64,000 nt of DNA from Actinomycetes bacterium (GTDB taxonomy: Bacteria > Actinomycetota > Acidimicrobiia > Acidimicrobiales > Ilumatobacteraceae). The stretch spans positions 2,800 through 66,799 of the forward strand of contig BJFW01000002.1 in assembly GCA_014190095.1 (NCBI GenBank). Reading direction: 5' to 3'. The position numbers and the translations under genes were made by a program. Below are positions 43,380 to 53,021 of this stretch, in pieces. Every line of letters begins with the position of its first letter. Position 1 is the stretch's first letter. The notes under the pieces were generated by a model. It saw only the letters and a list, made by a program, of their open reading frames with translations. It made no database searches and was not told where the DNA came from.

Positions 43380-43929
43380 CGCGCACAAATGAATTCGGTT
43401 CGTCGGTGACGAATCCGTGTTCATCAACTGTTACTTCAACTTCAGAATCGGTTGCAAAACTGAAATAGCGCCAGGTGTGTTCGCTCACACGTGTGTACAT
43501 CTGCGGTTTCACCACGACGGCAAGCGTTTCGATGTCAATGGTGATTACATTTTGTTGTGCGCTGTGACCAACGAGAAGTGGCAAACGACGAATCGGAATC
43601 ACATTGGTAAATGGCGTTCCGCGTAAATCAATGTCTACGCAGCCATCTAATTCGGTGCGATGTGCGCCATTCATTTCGCCCCAACGGCCATGACCGTCGG
43701 TTGCTAGCCACAGGTCGGGTTCTTCCATGTCGCGAAACAGCAGAAACTGTTGCACCATCCACGATGCGGACATGCGTAAAACGAACTGAGCGTTGTCCGC
43801 ACCAAGTGTTCCGTTGGCTGTCCAGCCTTCGTTTTCCCACTGCACCGTCACGGTGCTTTCGTGTGCTCCGTCGGCAGATTTCCAGGTGGCGCTATGGCCA
43901 GAAGGTCCGAGCGCGGGGTAGTTCACCAT
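43369..43929 (-). CDS. hypothetical protein (possibly putative glycolipid-binding family)
   Basis: 186 aa. My recollection of the PF06475-like pattern is only weak (WENEGW...GTLG...FLLFRD...WLATDG). Confidence 0.5.
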   Translation of the reverse strand: MVNYPALGPSGHSATWKSADGAHESTVTVQWENEGWTANGTLGADNAQFVLRMSASWMVQQFLLFRDMEEPDLWLATDGHGRWGEMNGAHRTELDGCVDIDLRGTPFTNVIPIRRLPLLVGHSAQQNVITIDIETLAVVVKPQMYTRVSEHTWRYFSFATDSEVEVTVDEHGFVTDEPNSFVRVIQ

Positions 43930-43966
43930 GGTTACAGCCTGTCACGCGGCGATACCGTTCAGACCG

Positions 43967-45184
43967 ATGATTCCACTGCATGAGGCTCAAGAAACGGTGT
44001 TGGCAGGCTGCGCACCGTTGACGCCTCAGCAGGTTGCCTACACAGAAATGACTGGCAGGGTCTTGGATCAAGACGTTGTTGCGGTTGAGGACGTTCCACC
44101 GTTTCGAAACACTGCAGTTGACGGCTATGCCGTTCGCGCCATCGATACCGAACAGGTTCCAGTAGAGCTTGTCGTTGTTGACACATTGGCTGCTGGCGCA
44201 GAACCAAAAGTTGCAGTGAATGCTGGTGAAGCGATTCGCATTATGACGGGTGCGCCAATGCCCAATGGGGCAGACGCGGTGGTGATGGTGGAAGACACCG
44301 AGCGAGTTGGCGAAACGCATGTGCGCATTTCTCGTAGCGCAAAAGTTCGCGATGGCGTGCGCGATGCAGGTAGCGATGTTCGCGCAGGCGAAACCGTGTT
44401 TGTTCGTGGCACGGTGTTGAATGCTGCAGGCATTGGTGTGCTTGCCAGTGTGAATGCGCGAATCGTGCGCGCGTTTCCTCGTGCGCGAGTTGCGCTGTTG
44501 TCAACAGGTGACGAGCTGGTTGTTGACGGCTCACCATTGCGCATTGGTCAAATTCGCGAGAGCAACCTCACCATGTTGCACTCCATGATTGCTGCAACAG
44601 GGTGCGAAGTGATCAATCTTGGCGTGGTGCGTGACGATGAAGCGAAACTAGAGCGTGTGCTACTCGAAGTGATCGAGCGTTGCGACGCCATTGTGACAAG
44701 CGGTGGCGTAAGCATGGGCGACTTCGATGTGGTGAAGGCTGTGCTATCAAAAATAGCCACCATGCAATGGATGCAGATGGCCATTAAGCCGGCTAAACCG
44801 TTCGCGTTTGGTCAACTGCAATCGAGTGATGGTCGCACCATTCCTATTTTTGGTTTGCCAGGTAACCCCGTGAGTTCGCTCATTAGTTATGAATTGCTCG
44901 CACGTCCTGCGTTGCGCAAAATGATGGGGCACACGGACAACTTGATGCGACCAGCAATTCGCGCTGTGCTGGACTCACCGTTGAAGCGCAAGCCAGACGG
45001 CAAGATTCACTTCATGCGAGTGTTTGGAGAATTTGCCGAAGACGGTCGCCTTCACGTGCGCGATTCGGGACCACAGGGCAGCCACCAATTGGCCAGTACC
45101 GCAATGGCAAATGGTCTTGCACACGTGCCCGATGGCAGTGGTTTGCAGGCTGGCGAACACGTTTCTGTGTACCTGCTGGGCTGA
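43967..45184 (+). CDS. moeA: molybdopterin molybdenumtransferase
   Basis: 405 aa counted from the ATG at 43967. Has TAVDGYAVR, IMTGAPMPNGADAVVMVE, STGDEL and TSGGVSMGDFD. Confidence 0.9.
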   Translation: MIPLHEAQETVLAGCAPLTPQQVAYTEMTGRVLDQDVVAVEDVPPFRNTAVDGYAVRAIDTEQVPVELVVVDTLAAGAEPKVAVNAGEAIRIMTGAPMPNGADAVVMVEDTERVGETHVRISRSAKVRDGVRDAGSDVRAGETVFVRGTVLNAAGIGVLASVNARIVRAFPRARVALLSTGDELVVDGSPLRIGQIRESNLTMLHSMIAATGCEVINLGVVRDDEAKLERVLLEVIERCDAIVTSGGVSMGDFDVVKAVLSKIATMQWMQMAIKPAKPFAFGQLQSSDGRTIPIFGLPGNPVSSLISYELLARPALRKMMGHTDNLMRPAIRAVLDSPLKRKPDGKIHFMRVFGEFAEDGRLHVRDSGPQGSHQLASTAMANGLAHVPDGSGLQAGEHVSVYLLG

Positions 45185-45217
45185 CGGTACAACGGGTGCG
45201 AACCCTAGGCTGAGCCC

Positions 45218-46237
45218 GTGGAATTGATTGACCCGTTTGGCCGAACCGTGCGCGATTTGCGCATTTCAATTACCGATCGCTGCAATTTCCGATGCACTTA
45301 CTGCATGCCCGCAGAGGGAATGAAGTGGCTGCCTCGTGAAGAGGTGTTGACCTACGAGGAACTACATCGCGTTGCCAGCATTTGCGTTTCACATTTTGAC
45401 GTAGACGGAATTCGCCTCACTGGCGGCGAGCCAACCATGCGCGCACACTTTCCGGTGCTGATCAGCAAGCTTTCCGCATTGCATGTTCCCGCTACGGCAA
45501 AGTCGCCGCGCGCAGGAAAGCCAATTGATTTGGCAGTGACGACGAACGGTGCAACGCTGCGCTTGATTGCCCAAGATCTCCATGATTCTGGACTACGCCG
45601 TATCAACATCAGCCTCGACACCCTGAAGAAGCAGCGTTTCTTTGAAATGACACGTCGCGACGAACTGGAACATGTGTTGGATGGCATTGATGCCGCAATC
45701 GCCTCTGGTTTCTCGCCAGTAAAAATCAATGTTGTAGTGCAACGTGGTGTAAACGACGACGAGATTGTTGACCTTGCAACATTTGGTCGCAACAAGGGAG
45801 TTGAGGTTCGCTTCATTGAGTACATGCCACTTGATGCAGATGGCGCATGGCAGAACAACCAAGTGGTTGGTCAGGACGAAATCGTTGACACCATTTCCAA
45901 GGTGTATCCACTTGAACTTGTTCCTGCTCGTGGAGCGGCACCAGCAGATCGTTGGCGTTACCTAGACGGTTTAGGAACCGTTGGCGTGATTCCATCGGTA
46001 ACAAAACCATTCTGCGGAGACTGCGATCGTGTGCGACTGACTGCTGATGGCCAATTCCGAACATGCTTGTTCTCAACCACCGAGTTTGATTTGCGAAAAC
46101 TGTTGCGCAATGGTGGAAGCGATGATGATATTGCAGCAGAAATCAAACGCGCAGTCGGCACAAAGTGGGCTGGACATAACATTGGCAATGTCACGTTCGT
46201 GCGTCCGCGTCGTTCCATGAGCCAGATTGGCGGATGA
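45218..46237 (+). CDS. moaA: GTP 3',8-cyclase (radical SAM)
   Basis: 339 aa. CNFRCTYCMP radical-SAM cluster motif and a C-terminal CGDCDRVRLTADG. Confidence 0.95.
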   Translation: MELIDPFGRTVRDLRISITDRCNFRCTYCMPAEGMKWLPREEVLTYEELHRVASICVSHFDVDGIRLTGGEPTMRAHFPVLISKLSALHVPATAKSPRAGKPIDLAVTTNGATLRLIAQDLHDSGLRRINISLDTLKKQRFFEMTRRDELEHVLDGIDAAIASGFSPVKINVVVQRGVNDDEIVDLATFGRNKGVEVRFIEYMPLDADGAWQNNQVVGQDEIVDTISKVYPLELVPARGAAPADRWRYLDGLGTVGVIPSVTKPFCGDCDRVRLTADGQFRTCLFSTTEFDLRKLLRNGGSDDDIAAEIKRAVGTKWAGHNIGNVTFVRPRRSMSQIGG

Positions 46238-46728
46238 ACATGGGCAACACTCCAGAGTTCACTCACCTCGACGAGTCGGGCAATGCACACATGGTGGATG
46301 TGACTGCAAAGAATGCAACGGCGCGACGTGCAGTTGCACGATGCACGGTGACAATGAAACCAGAAACCGCCTCAGCAATTTCCAGTAAGGACATTCCCAA
46401 AGGCGACGTGATTGCCGCTGCGCGAATCGCCGGCATCATGGCTGCTAAACGCACAAGCGACATGATTCCGTTGTGTCACCCGCTGCAAATTGGTGCAGTG
46501 CGCATCGACTTTGAAGTGGGCGAGACCTTTGTGGCCATCGAGGCCCAAGTGGACACCGTGGACCGCACGGGAGTGGAAATGGAAGCCCTCCATGCCTGCT
46601 CGGTGGCCGCGCTCACCATCTACGACATGTGCAAGAGCGCAGACAAGGCAATGTCCATAGAGGGCTTGGCCCTATGGGAAAAGACGGGCGGCAAAAGCGG
46701 CCCCTACAAGCGGGCCACCAGCCAATAA
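46234..46728 (+). CDS. moaC: cyclic pyranopterin monophosphate synthase
   Basis: 164 aa. Has MVDVTAK, IPLCHPL and GVEMEAL motifs. A 4-nt overlap with moaA. Confidence 0.95.
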   Translation: MNMGNTPEFTHLDESGNAHMVDVTAKNATARRAVARCTVTMKPETASAISSKDIPKGDVIAAARIAGIMAAKRTSDMIPLCHPLQIGAVRIDFEVGETFVAIEAQVDTVDRTGVEMEALHACSVAALTIYDMCKSADKAMSIEGLALWEKTGGKSGPYKRATSQ

Positions 46729-46800
46729 TCAGGCTTAAATCGGGGCCGTTTACCCCAAGTTGCCCGTTTTGTAGCAATTCTGTAATACAATTACGGACTC

Positions 46801-47331
46801 ATGAGCAAACTGATTCTTCTCATCGTGGGCGCCGCTTGGCTTGCTGTCTTGCTCCCACCTCTAGTTCGTGCGCGTCTTAATGGCTCGCCAGCAAACTCGG
46901 TCACCAACTTTCGTCGTCAGTTGAACCACCTCGAAAGTGCGGGCGGTCGTTATCCGCAGCAGCAACTTCGTGGCATGGCCCGTCCGCTTGCTCCAACGCA
47001 ACAGCGTCCTGCAGGTCGCGCGCAGCGCCCAGCCGCTTACGGTTCAATGACCGGGGCTCTTGTTCGCCAGTCCAGCACACGTCCGCAGTATCGCCCACAG
47101 AATGTTTCACCGGCAGCATTGCAACGCCAGAAGCGCCAGAACTTGGTATTTGGTCTTGCCGGAATCAGCTTCGCCTCGCTCATGCTTGGCGTGGCAACAG
47201 GGTCAACCGCGTTCGTCTACACCTTCATTTTGAGCCTGTTAGCCCTCGTTGGCTATTGCTACGTGTTGGTGCAAATGCGAGTGAAGCGCGACAACGAGCG
47301 TTACCTCTCGCAGTTCCGTCGTACGTACTAA
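46801..47331 (+). CDS. hypothetical membrane protein
   Basis: 176 aa. N-terminal TM helix, a Gln/Arg/Pro-rich linker, then two C-terminal TM helices. Confidence 0.55.
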   Translation: MSKLILLIVGAAWLAVLLPPLVRARLNGSPANSVTNFRRQLNHLESAGGRYPQQQLRGMARPLAPTQQRPAGRAQRPAAYGSMTGALVRQSSTRPQYRPQNVSPAALQRQKRQNLVFGLAGISFASLMLGVATGSTAFVYTFILSLLALVGYCYVLVQMRVKRDNERYLSQFRRTY

Positions 47332-47408
47332 TTCAGGTCGCATACACCTCAGTGGCTTAGAGCCGCGAACCGCTTGCCCGCTATTGTTTTTCGCGGGGGT
47401 AGATCATC

Positions 47409-49109
47409 ATGTCAATGACATTTCTTGAAGCAAACGCTGCGGTAACTGGCCCAGGCCAAATCTTTGAGCTGATTGACGGCGAAGTGCGTGGCGTGAAGAT
47501 GAAGGTGTTTAAGAATGCGCCAGCACACCTTGGTCAAGTGTTTGCCGGCTCACGCGGACATGGTGACAAAACCTTCCTTGTCTACGAAGACGAGATCATT
47601 ACCTTTGCTCAGGCTGCCGATCGCATTGACGCGCTTGCTTCGTTGCTAGTCAATGTATATGGCGTAAAGAAAGGCGATCGCGTAGCGGTAGCCATGCGCA
47701 ACTTCCCTGAATGGGTCATGTCTTTTGCGGCAATCATTTCAGTTGGCGCAATCAACGTGTCAATGAACTCATGGTGGACAGAAGACGAAATGGATTTCGC
47801 ACTTGAAGACTCTGGTGCAACGGTGCTGATTTGTGATCAGCAACGGTTTGATATTGGTGCTGCCAGTTGCGTGAAGAAGAACGTCAAAGTGTTGGTTGTT
47901 CGTGCAGAGAAGCCGCTGCCTGCAGGTGTCGATAAGTGGGAAGAAGTATTGCCACTTGGCGACAAACACCCTGGTGCAGACATTTCGCCAGATGATGACG
48001 CAACTATTTTGTACACCTCGGGAACCACCGGTCGTCCGAAGGGCGCTGTATCGACTCATCGCGCCATCATTTCTTCGATCATGGCGTTTTCGGCCCGTAA
48101 CACTATTTTCCAAATGTCGGGAACAAAACTGAAAGACGTTGATGGACCAGAAGTTCCAACATCATTCATTCTCATTGTGCCGCTCTTCCACGTAACGGGT
48201 TGTGTGCCAGTGATGCTCAGCTGCTTTGTTGCCGGTTTGAAGCTGGCAATCATGTACAAATGGGATCCTGAGAAGGCGCTTGAAATGATTGAGCGCGAGC
48301 AAATCACGAACTTTGTCGGTGTTCCAACACAAAGTTGGGACTTAGTGAACTCACCAGCGTTCGAAAAGTACGACACCTCAAGCTTGCGCGCAGTAGGTGG
48401 CGGCGGTGCTCCTTCGCCAACTTCGTTGGTTGGAAAAGTCAACGACAAAGTGAAGAACGGCAACCCACAACTTGGTTACGGCATGACCGAAACCAATGCG
48501 TTCGGACCAGCAATTACGGGTTCTGACTACTTGTCTCATCCAACCAGCACGGGCCGTGCTTCGTGGCCAATGTTGGTGGAAGTTCGTGATGAAAACTTGA
48601 AGCCAGTGCCAACAGGGCAGTCGGGCGAAATTTGGTTCTTCGGTCCAATGCTCATTCGTGGTTACTGGAACCGACCAGATGCAACTGCTGAAACCATTGT
48701 TGATGGTTGGTTGCGCTCTGGCGACTTGGGTCGCCTCGATGCCGACGGTTATGTCTACGTTGAAGACCGCGTAAAGGACATGATTCTTCGTGCTGGCGAA
48801 AACGTGTACGGCGCAGAAGTAGAAAGCGCCATATATGAGCACCCAGCGGTACATGAGGCGGCTGTATTCGGCGTTCCACACGAGCGCTTGGGAGAAGAAG
48901 TTGGCGTTGCCATTTTGCCTAACGACGGCATGACCCTGACGCCAGAAGAGCTCTGGGTATTTCTCGATGCAAAGATCGCCAAGTTCAAGATTCCAACCCA
49001 GGTGGTCATCATGACCGAGCCGTTGCCACGCAACGCTGCCGGCAAGTTCTTGAAACGTGAACTGCAGCAGCACGTGGTGAAGGGCACCCTGAAGGCCACA
49101 AGCCGCTAA
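47409..49109 (+). CDS. AMP-dependent acyl-CoA synthetase/ligase
   Basis: 566 aa. AMP-binding motif YTSGTTGRPKG, later GYGMTE, and GDLG...DGYVYVEDRVKD. Confidence 0.9.
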   Translation: MSMTFLEANAAVTGPGQIFELIDGEVRGVKMKVFKNAPAHLGQVFAGSRGHGDKTFLVYEDEIITFAQAADRIDALASLLVNVYGVKKGDRVAVAMRNFPEWVMSFAAIISVGAINVSMNSWWTEDEMDFALEDSGATVLICDQQRFDIGAASCVKKNVKVLVVRAEKPLPAGVDKWEEVLPLGDKHPGADISPDDDATILYTSGTTGRPKGAVSTHRAIISSIMAFSARNTIFQMSGTKLKDVDGPEVPTSFILIVPLFHVTGCVPVMLSCFVAGLKLAIMYKWDPEKALEMIEREQITNFVGVPTQSWDLVNSPAFEKYDTSSLRAVGGGGAPSPTSLVGKVNDKVKNGNPQLGYGMTETNAFGPAITGSDYLSHPTSTGRASWPMLVEVRDENLKPVPTGQSGEIWFFGPMLIRGYWNRPDATAETIVDGWLRSGDLGRLDADGYVYVEDRVKDMILRAGENVYGAEVESAIYEHPAVHEAAVFGVPHERLGEEVGVAILPNDGMTLTPEELWVFLDAKIAKFKIPTQVVIMTEPLPRNAAGKFLKRELQQHVVKGTLKATSR

Positions 49110-49135
49110 GCCCATATGCACTAGGGTTTCCCCAC

Positions 49136-50152
49136 GTGCCACCAATCGACATCACCCGTGGCGACGGGGTTCGCTACGACGTCGTAGCAATAGGCAATGC
49201 ATTGGTCGATGTGATCGCTGCCGTTCCCGATGAATTCTTGGTGAACGAAAATGTGGTCAAAGGCTCAATGACGTTGGTGGATGCAGAGCGTTCTGCGCAT
49301 TTGTATTCACGCATTAGTAACCCAACACAAACCAGTGGTGGTTCGGCTTCAAACACTGCATACGGTCTTGCAAGCCTTGGAGGTCGCGCAGGTTTTATTG
49401 GCAAAATCGCCCACGACGAATTGGGCACGGTTTTCGGCGACGACCTAGACAAAGTTGGTGTGGCTTTTCACCCAGGCGCGAAGGGTTCCACCGAACCAAC
49501 TGGTCGGTGCATCATTGCTGTAACCCCAGATGGGCAACGCAGTATGAGCACATTTCTCGGTGCTGCGTCACTGCTTGAGCCTGCAGACATATCGCGTGAG
49601 GCTGTGCAGGCAGGCGCCGTATTGTTTCTTGAGGGTTACTTGTTTGACCGCGACGAAGCGAAAGCCGCATTCAAAGTTGCATCGAAATATGCACACGAGG
49701 CGGGACGCAAAGTTGCTCTTACGCTGTCCGATTCATTCTGCGTCGATCGTCACCGCGAAGACTTTCTCGATCTCATTCTCAACGACATAGATGTGCTGTT
49801 TTGCAACGAATTTGAATTGCAGTCGCTGTATCAAACGTCGTACGAAGAAGCATTAGAGCAATTGCGTAGCGATTGTGAATTCGGCGCAGTTACACGCGAT
49901 AAGCGTGGCTCGGTGGTCATCAATGGTCACGATCTGGTGCACATTGAGCCAGAACCAGTTGATTGGGTAGTTGACGCAACTGGTGCGGGCGATCAGTACG
50001 CAGCGGGTTTCCTGTATGGCTTCACTCGTGGCATGGCAATTGAGCATTGTGGTCGCCTAGGTTCTATGTCGGCTTCAGAAGTGATTACGCATGTTGGCCC
50101 ACGTCCACTCGTGCAACTCAGCACGCTCATTCCTGAACATCTACGCTCGTAG
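49136..50152 (+). CDS. PfkB-family kinase (adenosine kinase-like)
   Basis: 338 aa. N-terminal VVAIGNALVD and C-terminal DATGAGDQYAAGF. Confidence 0.85.
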   Translation: MPPIDITRGDGVRYDVVAIGNALVDVIAAVPDEFLVNENVVKGSMTLVDAERSAHLYSRISNPTQTSGGSASNTAYGLASLGGRAGFIGKIAHDELGTVFGDDLDKVGVAFHPGAKGSTEPTGRCIIAVTPDGQRSMSTFLGAASLLEPADISREAVQAGAVLFLEGYLFDRDEAKAAFKVASKYAHEAGRKVALTLSDSFCVDRHREDFLDLILNDIDVLFCNEFELQSLYQTSYEEALEQLRSDCEFGAVTRDKRGSVVINGHDLVHIEPEPVDWVVDATGAGDQYAAGFLYGFTRGMAIEHCGRLGSMSASEVITHVGPRPLVQLSTLIPEHLRS

Positions 50153-50154
50153 TC

Positions 50155-50544
50155 ATGGCAAGCAACGATCACGACAACCTCACCGTTTTGGGTTCAACGG
50201 TCCGCAGTCCAATTGACCACGTTGAAGTATTTCCGGCACCAGCCGATGTCACGCTCGTGCGCTTCACCAGCGATGAAGTGTCATCCATTTGCCCGGTAAC
50301 CGCACAACCAGACGTTGCAACCGTGGTTATCGAATACAGCCCCGACAAGTCCTGTATCGAGTCAAAGTCGCTGAAGCTGTATCTGTGGCGCTTCCGCAAC
50401 ATGGCGGTGTTTGCTGAGGCGCTGGCTGCCGAAATTGCCAATGAAGTGATGGTCACCGTGAAGCCTCACTGGGTAAAAGTGCAACTTACGCAGCACCCCC
50501 GCGGCGGCATTGAAGTGCACGCGGTTGCCGAACGCAACCGCTAA
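50155..50544 (+). CDS. queF: NADPH-dependent 7-cyano-7-deazaguanine reductase
   Basis: 129 aa. Catalytic Cys in SICPVTAQPD and the QueF motif ESKSLKLYLWRF. Confidence 0.92.
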   Translation: MASNDHDNLTVLGSTVRSPIDHVEVFPAPADVTLVRFTSDEVSSICPVTAQPDVATVVIEYSPDKSCIESKSLKLYLWRFRNMAVFAEALAAEIANEVMVTVKPHWVKVQLTQHPRGGIEVHAVAERNR

Positions 50545-51150
50545 CTAGCTTTCGTCTGCGGCAACAAACGAAAGTTTGAGATCGCCAAGCTTCACCAATG
50601 TTGAAGCAACCCATGCGCCAAGTACGCCAAAGTGTTCGTCCAGCACTTTGCTTGCACCATCTATGAGTGTTTCTTCGGCCAATTCGTATTGGCCTTCGTA
50701 AGTAATTTCAAGCGCGTAGTCGGCAGTTCGTTCCCCATGTGTTGGGTGACTGATCTCAATGGTGATGTTGTCTCGCTCTAATTGCTCTGCGCCAATCGAG
50801 GGGCTATGAGGTGCGGCAATGCTGTCCACAATGGAGGGCACTGGCTGTTCGGCCAGGCGCTGAATGCGAAATACGACTTCAATTTCAATTGCCGGCTGCT
50901 GATCAATTTCTTCTTCGATGTACCACTGCCTGTAAGTGGCCTGACTCCAGCTTGGCCAATTCAGTGTGATGTGCGCAACAACGCGAGGCGGCAAACCTTC
51001 GCCTGGCAGCCCGTATGTGGTTTCCCACACCAAGTCCCCAAGCAAAATGTCGGACTGAAAGTGTTCTTCGAATGCCTGGCGTTCGAGGTAGGCATTGCTG
51101 AATGCATCGCGAAGTGCGCCAATTGCATCGGTAAACACGTGGTCAAGCAT
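50545..51150 (-). CDS. hypothetical acidic protein
   Basis: 201 aa with no recognised motif. Its stop codon abuts the queF stop with a 0-nt gap. Confidence 0.5.
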   Translation of the reverse strand: MLDHVFTDAIGALRDAFSNAYLERQAFEEHFQSDILLGDLVWETTYGLPGEGLPPRVVAHITLNWPSWSQATYRQWYIEEEIDQQPAIEIEVVFRIQRLAEQPVPSIVDSIAAPHSPSIGAEQLERDNITIEISHPTHGERTADYALEITYEGQYELAEETLIDGASKVLDEHFGVLGAWVASTLVKLGDLKLSFVAADES

Positions 51151-51181
51151 GCGTATTTAGGGTACTCGCTAACCTTGTGCC

Positions 51182-51934
51182 ATGTCTTTGGTCCTTCTTG
51201 AAATTGCAGATGGTGTTGCCACAATCACACTGAATAACCCAGATGAGCGCAACACCATGACCGCGCCCATGGTGGCGGAAATTGTTGCAGCGATGGACCG
51301 CATTGAAAACGACCCGGCAATTGGTGCACTCGTCGTTACTGGCACTGCACCGGCATTTTGTGCTGGAGCCAACCTGGGTAACCTGGCCGAGGCCGATGGC
51401 GAATCACTTGGTGTTATTTACGAAGGCTTTTTGCGGATTGCGCGCAGCCCGCTGCCAACAATTGCTGCCGTGAATGGTGCAGCAGTTGGTGCAGGAATGA
51501 ACCTTGCACTCGGTTGTGACGTGCGCATTGCTGCACGACGCGCAAAGTTTGATACGCGCTTTTTGCAACTTGGTATTCACCCCGGTGGTGGGCACACCTG
51601 GATGTTGCGTCGAATTGTTGGGCCACAAGTTGCTTCTGCTGCTGTGTTGTTTGGTGAGATTTACGATGGGGCAGAAGCAGAACGTGTTGGCCTTGCATAC
51701 AAGTGTGTAGACGATGACAAGTTGCTAGCGACCGCACATGAGTTAGCAAAACGCGCTGCAAGTGCGCCACGCGAATTGGTCATTGAAACGAAGAAGACCA
51801 TCGCTGTAATGGCCGACGTGGATACGCACCCAGAAGCAGTGGCCCGCGAACTGACCCCACAGTTGTGGAGCACTCGCCAGCCGTGGTTCGCCGAGCGACT
51901 CGCTGCGTTGCAGGCCAAGATCAGCAAGAAATAA
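51182..51934 (+). CDS. enoyl-CoA hydratase/isomerase family protein
   Basis: 250 aa. Oxyanion-hole segments AFCAGANL and AAVNGAAVGAGMNLALGCD. Confidence 0.88.
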   Translation: MSLVLLEIADGVATITLNNPDERNTMTAPMVAEIVAAMDRIENDPAIGALVVTGTAPAFCAGANLGNLAEADGESLGVIYEGFLRIARSPLPTIAAVNGAAVGAGMNLALGCDVRIAARRAKFDTRFLQLGIHPGGGHTWMLRRIVGPQVASAAVLFGEIYDGAEAERVGLAYKCVDDDKLLATAHELAKRAASAPRELVIETKKTIAVMADVDTHPEAVARELTPQLWSTRQPWFAERLAALQAKISKK

Positions 51935-52054
51935 GGCATTTAGCCTCCAAGCGGTCAGCGACTTGCCGTTCGCGCCGTGAGGTGTATGTTTGCATCAGTA
52001 AGACCTAGCTAGTGGATTTCGTCAGTGTTAAAAGCACAGAAGGCGGGGGAAGCA

Positions 52055-52372
52055 ATGAGCAAGCGTCACGATCACCGGACAACGGTGTTTCCACCCAAGG
52101 TGGAACTTCGGGCACACGCCCACAATGAACGTCATCGAGTGAATGCAGAATTGCACTCGGTGGCAAACATGGTGAGCCATGGTGTTGAACCCGAAGATGT
52201 GGATGAACCAGGTATCGCTTGGAAGGGAATGCATCACCACGATGCAGAGATTGGTCGTGAGCAATCGCGTCGCCAACAGTTCAAGCACTGGAAAACAAAA
52301 CACTGGAAGCGGCGTAAAGTTGTTCGCAAACAACGTGCTTTGGAGATAGAGCGACTACGCGACGTTGCGTAG
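52055..52372 (+). CDS. hypothetical small basic, His-rich protein
   Basis: 105 aa counted from the ATG at 52055, preceded by GGGGGAAG. Has HWKTKHWKRRKVVRKQR. No family recognised. Confidence 0.4.
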   Translation: MSKRHDHRTTVFPPKVELRAHAHNERHRVNAELHSVANMVSHGVEPEDVDEPGIAWKGMHHHDAEIGREQSRRQQFKHWKTKHWKRRKVVRKQRALEIERLRDVA

Positions 52373-52376
52373 CATT

Positions 52377-53021
52377 TTATAGCCAGGCGTTGCAGAGCTC
52401 TTCGCGACGGGTTTGCCATTCTTCAATGGTGAATCCGTAGCGAACGTGATCTTCCCAGATTCCATTTATTTCAAGGAACCGCTCGGCGATACCTTCATGC
52501 CGCAGTGCAAGTTTCTCGACAACGCGATGGCTAGCTGTGTTTCGCGGAATAATGCACACTTCAATTCGGTGCAAGCGAAGATCATCAAATGCAAACTTGG
52601 AAAGCACTAGTACTGCTTCCGACATGTAACTGTTGCCGGCTTTTGCTTCGTCTATCCAATAACCAATGGTGCCGCTTTGCATAGCGCCGCGCACAACTCC
52701 GTTTAGGTTCACTTCACCTGCAAACTCGTTGTTGACGAAAAGGCCAAGGCAATATGCACTTCCTGCAAGTCGTTCTCTGTCGCGCGCAGCACAACGGTTG
52801 GTGAATGCATCGCGGCTTTTCGCTGGGTCGGGCGAAGTGATGAGTGGCATTGGTTCCCACTTGGTGAGCCATTCACCATTGCGTAAGCGAACTTCGCTCC
52901 ATGCCTCGAAATCGGTTGCAACAAGCGGTCGCAACATGATGCGACGACCGAACAGGCGAAGTGGACCGTTGGAAGAAATGATTCCTGCGGGGTGGCCAAT
53001 AGGTCGCGAGTAGCGGCTCAT
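52377..53021 (-). CDS. GNAT N-acetyltransferase (RimJ/RimL-like)
   Basis: 214 aa. Acetyltransf_3-like core (RIEVCIIPRNTASHRVVEKLALRHEG). A 4-nt overlap with the upstream gene. Confidence 0.8.
   Translation of the reverse strand: MSRYSRPIGHPAGIISSNGPLRLFGRRIMLRPLVATDFEAWSEVRLRNGEWLTKWEPMPLITSPDPAKSRDAFTNRCAARDRERLAGSAYCLGLFVNNEFAGEVNLNGVVRGAMQSGTIGYWIDEAKAGNSYMSEAVLVLSKFAFDDLRLHRIEVCIIPRNTASHRVVEKLALRHEGIAERFLEINGIWEDHVRYGFTIEEWQTRREELCNAWL

Noticed and set aside
33271-43967. N-terminally extended ORF-track versions of dxs (to 35238), hisN-like (to 33395), pmbA (from 37459), SAF protein (to 41112) and moeA (from 43928).
   Set aside because: The extensions overlap neighbouring genes and are Arg/Cys/Trp-rich with no family similarity. 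Internal starts reproduce the canonical N-termini of each family and often give ATGA-type coupling.
45185-45217. A Moco riboswitch upstream of moaA, and a preQ1 riboswitch upstream of queF (50153-50154).
   Set aside because: The gaps are only 33 nt and 2 nt. That is too short to hold either aptamer, so these genes are simply operon-internal.
48378-49145. Long antisense or alternative-frame ORFs, such as 48378-49145 (255 aa), 53573-54316 (247 aa), 20596-21252 (218 aa), 283-876 (197 aa) and 584-1147 (187 aa).
   Set aside because: Each lies wholly inside a confidently identified gene with clear family motifs. Their translations are low-complexity, Arg/Cys/His-rich and motif-free. Open antisense frames of this kind are expected from codon bias.
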